Below are positions 9,175 to 18,699 of a stretch of 32,000 bases of DNA, in pieces. The stretch comes from Microcystis aeruginosa NIES-2549 (GTDB lineage: Bacteria > Cyanobacteriota > Cyanobacteriia > Cyanobacteriales > Microcystaceae), in the NCBI RefSeq assembly GCF_000981785.2, contig NZ_CP011304.1:840001-872000 (forward strand). Direction: 5' to 3'. Position 1 is the first letter of the stretch, and each line of letters begins with the position of its first letter. The notes beneath the pieces are model-generated. The model saw nothing but the letters and a program-made list of their open reading frames with translations. It ran no database searches and was not told where the DNA came from. Both the position numbers and the translations under genes were made by a program.

Positions 9175-10783
9175 TGCTGTGATTGCCATCCCGGAGAGCC
9201 TTGTAGTGAGGAGACATAATTTCGATACCGACTTCGTTACATTTATCCTGAATATTTTGATGTAATTCAGAATAAATATACACCATTTTGCTAGGATGAT
9301 CAGTGTAGGCATTTAGCTGATAGCTGACATAAAAATCATCGAGACTGGTTTGCAAGACAAAAGGAGCAGGTTCTGAGACAATAAATTTAGTTGCTAAGGC
9401 TGCTTCTTTCAGGGTTGCGTGAACCTTACGCCAAGGTAAATCATAACCGAGAGTGACTGTGGTTTGCAAAATTAAAGGCTGTTTGAATTCCCGTTGAGAG
9501 ACGCTAAAGTTAATCACATTGGTGTTTAACAGCGATGAATTAGGAATCGTGATAATTTTATTAGCCGGTGTGCGAATACGGGTGACTAATAATCCTTTTT
9601 CAATCACATCTCCAATAACATCACCAATAGAAATTTTATCTCCTAGTTGAAAAGAGCGGGTATAGATGAGGATAATTCCTCCCACCACGTTAGCGATAGC
9701 AGAGGTGGAACCCAAGGAAAATAGTACCCCTAAAAATACCGACACCCCCTGAAAAGCAGGAGAATTAAATCCGGGTAGATAGGGAAAAGCTATGACTATA
9801 GCTAAGGCAATTATCAGCAGTGACAGTAAATTATAGGTTGGTTTTGCCCAATCGGGATAGAAACCATGTATTACTAAATTTTCTCTTTCCAATGCAGTGA
9901 AAAATGGTTTAATTGCTCTCAACAGATAGTGAGTTATAAAAACAATTATCAGTATAATAAAAATATTGGGTAAATATTTTGCTATCTCTTGGGAAATAAC
10001 TTCCAAAGCACTAAAAAAGTATTGCAGAAAACCATCACCAAATTTTCTAGTCCAGGGAAAAAGACGAAGGACAAAAGTTAAATAAAAATAGAGAATAGTT
10101 AAAATAATCAGAGTGCGGATAAATTGCAAAACTCTTAGGGAAAAAATTCCTATTGTCTGGGAACTAATAATTTCAAAATTTTGGAATACGACCCCAGGAA
10201 CTAGGGAGGTGATTAATCTCTGACTCTGGGGAAAAACCCGCGAAGATATAAAAATTATTACCCAGAAAATTAAGACCGTGGCTAAGGTAGCACTTACTGT
10301 CAAAACTGCATCTTTGAAGAGGTTATCTGGTTGACGTTCTTGACGATAACGGACAATGGCCGCTTTAATCTTTGCTAAGGCTCGTTCGGCCAATACTTCT
10401 TGACTTACCGCGTGTAATTTGGCATCTTTAGAAGTAATAGTAGCAATAACCGTATCTCCCAAAATAATCGAAGGGTTTTTGTCTTCAGGATCGATTTTTA
10501 TAGTTAAATCTTCAGGAGAAAGAGCATCGTCATCGGCAATTTTTTCAATTCTGGCTGTAATCGATTTCGCTCTTTCTTGCGCTGAAAAAGAACCTATTCC
10601 CTGCCGAATAGTAAAAAGTTCTTGATTATCAAGCATGACGGGAAAAACTTCTCCCAAAGTTTCCAGGGGTGTTTCCTGTCCCTGTTTAGCAGGATTATTC
10701 TGGGCTGCTATTATGAAGATGGGGGATAAAGTCAGTAACAAAACTAAACAAAACAGCCCTAAGTAACGCCAGATTTTTTTCAT
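9101..10783 (-). CDS. Mechanosensitive ion channel (MscS family) with an N-terminal periplasmic extension
   Basis: 560 aa with a signal or TM segment at the N-terminus and several TM helices. The block ANVVGGIILIYTRSFQLGDKISIGDVIGDVIEKGLLVTRIRTPANKIITIPNSSLLN is the typical MscS TM3 and beta-domain signature. Confidence 0.85.
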   Translation of the reverse strand: MKKIWRYLGLFCLVLLLTLSPIFIIAAQNNPAKQGQETPLETLGEVFPVMLDNQELFTIRQGIGSFSAQERAKSITARIEKIADDDALSPEDLTIKIDPEDKNPSIILGDTVIATITSKDAKLHAVSQEVLAERALAKIKAAIVRYRQERQPDNLFKDAVLTVSATLATVLIFWVIIFISSRVFPQSQRLITSLVPGVVFQNFEIISSQTIGIFSLRVLQFIRTLIILTILYFYLTFVLRLFPWTRKFGDGFLQYFFSALEVISQEIAKYLPNIFIILIIVFITHYLLRAIKPFFTALERENLVIHGFYPDWAKPTYNLLSLLIIALAIVIAFPYLPGFNSPAFQGVSVFLGVLFSLGSTSAIANVVGGIILIYTRSFQLGDKISIGDVIGDVIEKGLLVTRIRTPANKIITIPNSSLLNTNVINFSVSQREFKQPLILQTTVTLGYDLPWRKVHATLKEAALATKFIVSEPAPFVLQTSLDDFYVSYQLNAYTDHPSKMVYIYSELHQNIQDKCNEVGIEIMSPHYKALRDGNHSTIPENYLPEDYQSPAFGIQSNPQK

Positions 10784-10786
10784 CTT

Positions 10787-11884
10787 CTAAGCCACAATTG
10801 CACAGGAGCGATCGAGTTTAATACCTCTTTTTTTCATCGTAGCATGGAATAGTTCTGTGGATAACACCTGTTCCACGGGATAAATCCCGGCTTTTTCGAG
10901 TTTTGCCGCTAAGATTAATTCTGCCACGCTGCCAGTTCCCCAGCCAGCTGCTTGAGCAGTGTTTTCGTGGACCATAGTTGCTTGATAAACTGCTTTTTGC
11001 TGCCCTTGCCATCCGGTCACTTTTGCTAACATTGCTACCCCAATTCCCGAAAATTTATCGGTTACTTCTGTCATGCGATAACTAACTTGGGAAAAAAACT
11101 CGATTCCCCGAGAACTTTCTACCCAAGCATCGGGGAAAATATGGGCAGTAATCCAAGTTAAATGATTATAAAAATCGGGAATAGAACCAAATTTTGTGAT
11201 CACATTTTGCACTTGAAAAGATTCAGCAAAAGTATAGGTTTCTGGCATATCAAACCAATAAACACCAGTTTTACCTAAAGGAGCGGGAAAGTCAATTACT
11301 TCTCTAGCAGTATAGGGTTTAATCTCTTGCCATTGTCCCTCAATCCAAGCTAAAAAAGGCTTTTTTAAGCCGAGAAAAGTAGTCCGCATTACGGTTAATC
11401 CCGCACCTCCTGAACCGGCTACGGCATAATTTAAACGGATCGTTTCTACCCTATCTAACTGTTCGACTCCCTCCCGCACTATACTATTAGAAATACCTGG
11501 AAAAATTCCCGTATTAACCACGGCAGTTATTCCCGCTTTTATCGCTAATTCTCGATAGGGGATTAACTTTTGATAAAAAGAACGATGATCACTAACATCA
11601 ATATAATTGACTTTTTCTTCGATGCAAATTTTTACTACCCTGCCATCGCGATAGTGAAATGGACCGGCACAATGGATGACTAAATCACTATTTTTAATCG
11701 CCTGTCTAAGCTTGTCTATTTCTTCTAAATCTAAAGCCAAAAACTGCATTCTTGGCAGTAATTTAATGGCTTTTTCCTTGCGTCCGGTGATAATAATTTT
11801 AGCTGAAGTATGATTAATAATATCTAGGGCAACACTTTGACCAATGCGACCAGTGCCACCTAAAATTAAAACAGTTTTTTCCAT
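10787..11884 (-). CDS. Saccharopine dehydrogenase-like NAD(P)-binding oxidoreductase
   Basis: The Rossmann motif VLILGGTGRIGQSV follows immediately after the ATG at 11884. The ORF-track start at 11947 is a TTG that adds 21 residues ahead of the Rossmann fold, so I prefer the ATG. The remainder is consistent with the saccharopine dehydrogenase C-terminal domain. Confidence 0.7.
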   Translation of the reverse strand: MEKTVLILGGTGRIGQSVALDIINHTSAKIIITGRKEKAIKLLPRMQFLALDLEEIDKLRQAIKNSDLVIHCAGPFHYRDGRVVKICIEEKVNYIDVSDHRSFYQKLIPYRELAIKAGITAVVNTGIFPGISNSIVREGVEQLDRVETIRLNYAVAGSGGAGLTVMRTTFLGLKKPFLAWIEGQWQEIKPYTAREVIDFPAPLGKTGVYWFDMPETYTFAESFQVQNVITKFGSIPDFYNHLTWITAHIFPDAWVESSRGIEFFSQVSYRMTEVTDKFSGIGVAMLAKVTGWQGQQKAVYQATMVHENTAQAAGWGTGSVAELILAAKLEKAGIYPVEQVLSTELFHATMKKRGIKLDRSCAIVA

Positions 11885-11973
11885 GGCAACTATCAATAAT
11901 ATTTGCCCTACTATAGCATCTTCTTGGCAATTTTGGCTATTTTCCAAGATGAAAATTTTAGCATAATCCCAAC

Positions 11974-13425
11974 TTATTTAATGCGTCCGAGGGGCAAGAA
12001 AATGGTTAAAATCTCACCTTCTTCGGGTTTTTCGCGCACAATAAATTTACCTCCCAAAGCTTGAAAAAGGTTTTTAGTTACCTTCATATTCAGACTTAAA
12101 CTACCCGTTTCTGGTTGAAACATTAAGACTTTTCCCAAAGCTTTGAGAGTAAGATTAGGCGATCTTACCTGAGTTTGGAACTGCATTTTTAATTGATTTC
12201 CTGCCGTTGATATATGTACTTGTAACAGGCCACCACTAGCCATACTGCGAGTACATTTTTCCACGACTCCATTTAACATTTGATCCAATAAATTCGGGTC
12301 GCTAATTACCGAAGGCAATTTTTTGGGTACATTAACTTCTAAATTGACATTGCGCCGTTTAGCTTGTTTTTGCCACCGGGGAATACTATCTTGAAAGACT
12401 TTTTCTAGAGCAATTGGGATTAATTGAATCGGTTTATCTCCCAGAGGATTAATCCCCAATTCTGCCGCTCGGAAAATTAATTCCATGCGCTGAATTTGTT
12501 CACTACATTCTAAATCGATTGTTTCTAAATATTTTCCCACATCTTCCGTTACTTTTGCCCGTTTTAATAATAATCGGGTAATGGTGCGAATGGTGGTTAA
12601 AGGGGTGCGAATTTCGTGGGTTAAAGCTCGCAATAATTCCAAATCACAACCCGATTCTAAATTAGAATTATCTTCCTCTGGGGGAGTGATTTCGCTATTG
12701 ATAGACGATTTCGTTTTTTTCGGGTCTAAATTAGACTGGTTGGGTAAATTTTGCAGTAATTGGCGGCTAAATTGGCTAACTAGACGGTAATCCGGCGAGG
12801 GACTGCCATTAGCCTCGATAATTGCCTCTAAAGTCTCGATTTGCGGATAACGCAGATTAACTAATCGTTGCCGCAACTGCTGCCAAGCTTGCTGAGTGAG
12901 GACGGGATCAAAGGAAAATTGAAAAGAGGACAAACCCCACTGATCCTCGCCTAAAACCAGCAAAAGAGCGAAACTTTTGCTAAAAACCAGACAAAATCTT
13001 TCATTAGCAATCGGATCCGTTGGCAAGACGGGCAATTCATGGATCTCTGTTGGGGAAACATCGGCGGCGGATTTTTCCTGAGAAGGCAGTTGCAAACCCA
13101 GCCATTGTAAATGTTTTAAAGCTTTAACGGTGAAAACACCAAATTCAAAACCCGTTAAAGCCTTGCTTTCTCTAACTAAAGCCGTCGGACCGGAGAGAAT
13201 TAAACCCCGACCGGCGGCAGCATTATTTTGGTTTTGTAATAAGATATTTTCTAAAGCGGCGATCGCTGCGAACCACTCACTTTCCGCTTTCAGTTGCGAG
13301 CGCTTGAGCCATTCTGATAAATTAGGATAAAAAGCATTGGGGGTGAAAGTTTCCCGGTCCTGATGGTCAGTCGGCGGGAAAATATCGCTTAATTTCGGTA
13401 AAGACCCCTTTAACATCGTCTTCAT
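11974..13425 (-). CDS. Soluble sensor histidine kinase with an uncharacterised N-terminal sensory domain. Orphan: no adjacent response regulator.
   Basis: H-box LLRALTHEIRTPLTTIRTITRLL (HisKA) followed by an HATPase_c-like C-terminus (LLDQMLNGVVEKCTRS ... LFQALGGKFIV). No clear TM helices. The ORF-track start at 13428 is GTG, and the ATG at 13425 is the adjacent codon. Confidence 0.8.
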   Translation of the reverse strand: MKTMLKGSLPKLSDIFPPTDHQDRETFTPNAFYPNLSEWLKRSQLKAESEWFAAIAALENILLQNQNNAAAGRGLILSGPTALVRESKALTGFEFGVFTVKALKHLQWLGLQLPSQEKSAADVSPTEIHELPVLPTDPIANERFCLVFSKSFALLLVLGEDQWGLSSFQFSFDPVLTQQAWQQLRQRLVNLRYPQIETLEAIIEANGSPSPDYRLVSQFSRQLLQNLPNQSNLDPKKTKSSINSEITPPEEDNSNLESGCDLELLRALTHEIRTPLTTIRTITRLLLKRAKVTEDVGKYLETIDLECSEQIQRMELIFRAAELGINPLGDKPIQLIPIALEKVFQDSIPRWQKQAKRRNVNLEVNVPKKLPSVISDPNLLDQMLNGVVEKCTRSMASGGLLQVHISTAGNQLKMQFQTQVRSPNLTLKALGKVLMFQPETGSLSLNMKVTKNLFQALGGKFIVREKPEEGEILTIFLPLGRIK

Positions 13426-13530
13426 CACTGACTAGATACAAATTCCTTACCTAGAATAGTACCCCTGTTAATGCTCATTCCATAACGGTAAAACCGAACT
13501 CTATTGGCAGTGATATCCGCGTTTTGATGG

Positions 13531-13612
13531 TAGTTATCTTAATGGTGAGGTACAAAGTTTTCGCTTTGGGGAGTCGGTCGTCGATACCAGGTTAGGTTAT
13601 ACTTCATCTTTA
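13531..13612 (+). repeat. Dispersed ~100-bp repeat, copy C
   Basis: TAGTTATCTTAATGGTGAGGTACAAAGTTTTCGCTTTGGGGAGTCGGTCGTCGATACCAGGTTAGGTTATACTTCATCTTTA matches copies A and B. The central block GGGAGTCGGT(C/G)GTCGATACC is closest to copy B. It lacks the AGAAACGCTGTA extension. Confidence 0.7.
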
Positions 13613-13985
13613 GTTGATCACCTATGCCGGTTGTGGGGTTCGTGTCTCAATTCAACCTCGATAAGTCTGATATTTAATTACACTTCCCCACCTATGTATT
13701 TTTTTGTTACATTTAAGTATTTTTTTTGCTTATCTATAGTTATCATTGAATAACTTAAAAGTGTTACCCAATTATTTCCCTAACTAACCAATCTTTGATC
13801 CCAAACCCTTTTGCCTTGACATTACGTCAATGGGAGGAACCATCGGCCCTTGGTTTGCCTATTTAAGTGCTGCTTTCAAGCTAGGTAAACAGTTGAGTGG
13901 CGGTAACTGTCGAGCAATAGTTGGGGTCGGTTATTGACTGTATTTTGCCGTGAGCAAATTCTGAGAATTAAGAGGTAAATTAAAT

Positions 13986-15536
13986 ATGGAAATTTCGCAA
14001 ATCTGTCTTGACTTAATTAAAAAATGGGAAGGATTTCGTGCCAATGCTTACTTAGATCCAGTGGGAATACCTACTATTGGTTATGGAACGATTCGTTATC
14101 CCAATGGGCAACCTGTGGAGTTACGAGATATTGTCACCGAAGCAGAAGCGGAGGACTTATTAAAATTAGAAGCTGACGATTTTGCTGAGTTAGTTACCAA
14201 AAAAGTAACAGTAGGACTCAATCAGAATCAATTCGATGCTCTAGTTTCTTTTTGCTACAACGTCGGTGGTGGGGCGTTTCAAGGAAGTACCCTACTGAAA
14301 AAACTTAATAGTGGTGATTTTACTGGAGCGGCAGAACAATTTTTAGTTTGGAATAAAGCAACACAAAACGGAGTGAAAATTGTTTTAGAAGGTTTAACTA
14401 ATCGTCGCCGTGAGGAAAAGGCTTTATTTGAAAAATCTGGAAGTGAAGGAAAACCTTTAGACAAGCCTGAACCCTCCTTACAAGCTCAAGTTGATTGGTT
14501 AGAGGGCTATCGAGACAGAAATAATGATGATACGATTATTGTGGCTCGAAAAGGCTCTGATGTTATAGAAATTTTGACTGTAGAAAGCCCAGATAAAGAG
14601 GACTTAATTACCGTCATACGTCAATATCCTAATGCTAAAAATTTCCTCATTGCCCCCCAGGAAAAACAAGTACCTGCGGGGGAAAGAATCTTAATTCAAA
14701 AAAGGGAATTGGCGACAATCACAAAAGTTGATGCCCCCCCCTCATTGGATAATCAACTTTTAATAATTGGAATGGGAGCAGACGAAGATACTCCCGCCAG
14801 TTTAAAGCAAGATATTGAGGAATTGCAGGTACGTTTGCGAGATTTGGGCTACTATCAAGGGGAAATTGACGGCAACTTTGGTTCAGGAACGGATCAAGCT
14901 GTTAAAGCTTTCCAAGCCAAATTTTTTGGAGCTAATGAAGCAGATGGCAAAGTCGGCCCCCTGACTTGGAAAAAACTGTGGGAAGGAAATCCAGTTCCTG
15001 TAACTCCTCCTGTCGGCGTATCCAGTCCGGGTAAAAATTATCTTAAATTAACCAAAACCAACAAAAAAGATGAATTTGGTTGTTTCGTTTTAAAAATGGA
15101 ATACTTTAAAGATGGACAACTGAAAGACAGTCTTAATGTCTGTTCTGGTACGCCATCGAGACAGATTTTTAAGACGGCTACCGCTAGTGTACCTAAATCA
15201 TTTGAGCCGCTACCAGAAGGGTTATGGCGAATTGAGAATATTAAATGGGCAGGGGGTCCTGCACACAAAGATGATTACTCTGGAAAATTTGTATTTCCTG
15301 ATTCTGGAGTTGGTCCAGTGTCAACGCCTTTAACTTATCAAAAGCCCAATTCAACCCGTAGAAGTGCTATTGAAATTCACATCGACTGGAATCGCCGCAA
15401 GAAGTCTCCTGGTACCGCAGGATGTGTGGGAATTTATACGATTGGCGATTATCAACGTTTTGTTCGTTGGCTTCGGGAAACTGACCCACGAGACTTTTTT
15501 GTGGATTGGGGTTTAGGAACTTGTCCCCAACCCTAG
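13986..15536 (+). CDS. Multidomain peptidoglycan hydrolase: GH24 (phage-type) lysozyme, PG_binding_1 domain and a C-terminal YkuD/Tlde1-like His/Cys domain. No signal peptide.
   Basis: The N-terminus LIKKWEGFRANAYLDPVGIPTIGYGT carries the Glu/Asp/Thr catalytic pattern of T4/lambda-type lysozymes. Residues ~278-333, LQVRLRDLGYYQGEIDGNFGSGTDQAVKAFQAKF...GKVGPLTWKKLW, form a PG-binding repeat. The C-terminus has SGTPSRQ...PLPEGLWRI and IEIHIDWNRRKKSPGTAGCVGI (His-x14-Cys), resembling L,D-transpeptidase-fold enzymes. SD AAGAGGT lies upstream of the ATG. Confidence 0.8.
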   Translation: MEISQICLDLIKKWEGFRANAYLDPVGIPTIGYGTIRYPNGQPVELRDIVTEAEAEDLLKLEADDFAELVTKKVTVGLNQNQFDALVSFCYNVGGGAFQGSTLLKKLNSGDFTGAAEQFLVWNKATQNGVKIVLEGLTNRRREEKALFEKSGSEGKPLDKPEPSLQAQVDWLEGYRDRNNDDTIIVARKGSDVIEILTVESPDKEDLITVIRQYPNAKNFLIAPQEKQVPAGERILIQKRELATITKVDAPPSLDNQLLIIGMGADEDTPASLKQDIEELQVRLRDLGYYQGEIDGNFGSGTDQAVKAFQAKFFGANEADGKVGPLTWKKLWEGNPVPVTPPVGVSSPGKNYLKLTKTNKKDEFGCFVLKMEYFKDGQLKDSLNVCSGTPSRQIFKTATASVPKSFEPLPEGLWRIENIKWAGGPAHKDDYSGKFVFPDSGVGPVSTPLTYQKPNSTRRSAIEIHIDWNRRKKSPGTAGCVGIYTIGDYQRFVRWLRETDPRDFFVDWGLGTCPQP

Positions 15537-15627
15537 CCTATCTTTAACAAGGGGCAATTGAATTGTTTAATGATGATTCAATTGTCTCTAGTAATTATTG
15601 GTACATTGAAAACTTTTCTAACCATAA

Positions 15628-16263
15628 ATGTTAGGCACAATTACCATTTTTTTCTTATCTTTATTGCTAACAGGTAACTCAATTGTTAGCGCAGAATCTT
15701 GTCAAAAATTTTTTGTTACCGCCCGCGATGGTTATGTGAATATCCGTTCCTCTCCTCAAATACAAGGAAATAACGTTATTGCCACTTTACCTAGCGGCAG
15801 TTCTGTACAATTAAGTGAGCGTTATCAAAAATGGCTGAAAATTAAATTACCTCTTGCCGGTTGGTTAGCTGGTAGTCAAATTTCTCGAATTTCTTGTGAT
15901 CAAGGTCGTGATTTACTTATAGAATTGGGACTGCCGACTATAATTAAACTTGGAAAAAAAGCAGCAATTGGTTATCAAAAAGATGCAGAAACTTTGGTTA
16001 AAATGTCTCCGTATATAGATGGAATAGTTGAAGAAAATTATGCTGGAGTTATTGTACAATGGGCTAATCAAAATCCGAAATTTTTAGTTGCCATTCTCGA
16101 TCGTCAAAGTCCAACTATTCGCCGAGCAGTTTTATCTTCTCTCGATTTTGGATTAGGTACTAACACAAATGAGCGTCAAAACTTGGAAAAATTTATGCAA
16201 AATATTTCTCCCAAAAGTTCAACTTACGTTGATTGGTATAGGCGTAATCCTGTTTATCCTTAG
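15628..16263 (+). CDS. Secreted SH3b-domain protein with an uncharacterised helical C-terminal domain
   Basis: Signal peptide MLGTITIFFLSLLLTGNSIVSA/E. GYVNIRSSPQIQGNNVIATLPSGSSVQLSERYQKWLKIKLPLAGWLAGSQI fits a bacterial SH3 domain. It lies 91 nt downstream of the lysozyme gene on the same strand. Confidence 0.65.
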   Translation: MLGTITIFFLSLLLTGNSIVSAESCQKFFVTARDGYVNIRSSPQIQGNNVIATLPSGSSVQLSERYQKWLKIKLPLAGWLAGSQISRISCDQGRDLLIELGLPTIIKLGKKAAIGYQKDAETLVKMSPYIDGIVEENYAGVIVQWANQNPKFLVAILDRQSPTIRRAVLSSLDFGLGTNTNERQNLEKFMQNISPKSSTYVDWYRRNPVYP

Positions 16264-16597
16264 TAGCAAATACAAGATCAATATTATTCTTTTAATTCAT
16301 TAAGGAGGCTCTTACTTGAAAACTAAGTAGTCATCAGAATATCAATTATAACTGTCATAAAAACTATTTTAGTTGCCTGTGGAGCTTCCCTTGAAGTGAA
16401 CAAGAAGATGGCAGTTATTCGGTTAAATATCGTTAGTATCGACAATAAAAAATGCGACATTAACTGTGGAATTAGATTATTAATATAGTTTAAAATTATC
16501 AAAAAATCTAACAAATTAGGAGAAGAAAAAGTTAAAAATATCGAAACCAAGAGTCAGGAACATCCGAGTTAAAAAAATTCAAGTTCAAGCGCTCGCC

Positions 16598-16643
16598 ATT
16601 CCGATTAACCCGAAATCGGGTTAATCGGAGTTATCCTTTTTTT
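16598..16643 (+). terminator. Strong stem-loop followed by T7: a possible intrinsic terminator with no adjacent annotated gene
   Basis: CCGATTAACCCGA/TCGGGTTAATCGG form perfect 13-nt arms (16601-16628). A T7 run at 16637-16643 lies 8 nt after the stem, which is less canonical spacing. The nearest upstream + strand CDS ends 335 nt away. Confidence 0.4.
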
Positions 16644-16764
16644 GTCAAACTAGAAGGCTCTCTTGGTCTTTTTTTATTTTTTTTAACTCAATTCAGTCTG
16701 CCGTGGGGACATCACACCCTGATCTCCTCAACATCGTTATCCCCTCAATGACCGCGGCCGCATC

Positions 16765-16791
16765 TTAGCACTCAAGCCCTAAGAGTGCTAA
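16765..16791. promoter_or_regulatory. CIRCE operator (HrcA binding site) upstream of groEL2
   Basis: TTAGCACTC-N9-GAGTGCTAA is a perfect match to the CIRCE consensus and ends 35 nt upstream of the groEL ATG. Confidence 0.9.
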
Positions 16792-16796
16792 ATTAA

Positions 16797-18509
<1,713 letters not shown>

Positions 18510-18559
18510 TTCCTGATGCCGTCTGGCCCTTGAAAATAATCTCATGCAATTGAGCCAAT

Positions 18560-18605
18560 CTGTCCCTTTTCTGGTTATCGTCGGCATTAGGGACAGGTTT
18601 TTTTT
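18560..18605 (+). terminator. Probable intrinsic terminator of groEL2
   Basis: CTGTCCCT (18560-18567) pairs with AGGGACAG (18589-18596) and is followed by a T8 run. It lies about 50 nt after the stop codon. The loop is long (21 nt). Confidence 0.55.
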
Positions 18606-18699
18606 CCTCGGGAAAAACTTTTTCAGCAGAACCTGCTTAATCTATCCTTTGCATTAGTCCAGACACTACACTAGAAAAGAAGGATTATTCCCAGAAATC

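Noticed and set aside
12581-13330. Two + strand ORFs (12581-12790 and 13130-13330) inside the histidine kinase gene
   Set aside because: They lie antisense to a gene with clear H-box and ATPase motifs. They are short and have no motifs.
13640-13665. tRNA-like T-arm sequence GGGGTTCGTGTCTCAA
   Set aside because: No acceptor stem, D-arm or anticodon arm can be built around it, and it deviates from the GGTTCGAATCC consensus.
13613-13985. c-di-AMP (ydaO) or other riboswitch in the long leader of the lysozyme gene
   Set aside because: ydaO-type riboswitches often precede cell-wall hydrolase genes, so I looked for the conserved pseudo-symmetric core (the GGGGA/CCCA and GAAUC-type blocks). I could not find it. 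A covariance-model scan would settle the question.
16323-16550. 75-aa hydrophobic minus-strand ORF, considered as a possible holin for the nearby lysozyme
   Set aside because: It lies on the opposite strand from the lysozyme gene in very AT-rich, low-complexity DNA. It has no SD and its hydrophobicity is explained by Ile, Leu and Phe codons in AT-rich sequence. I cannot support it from sequence alone.
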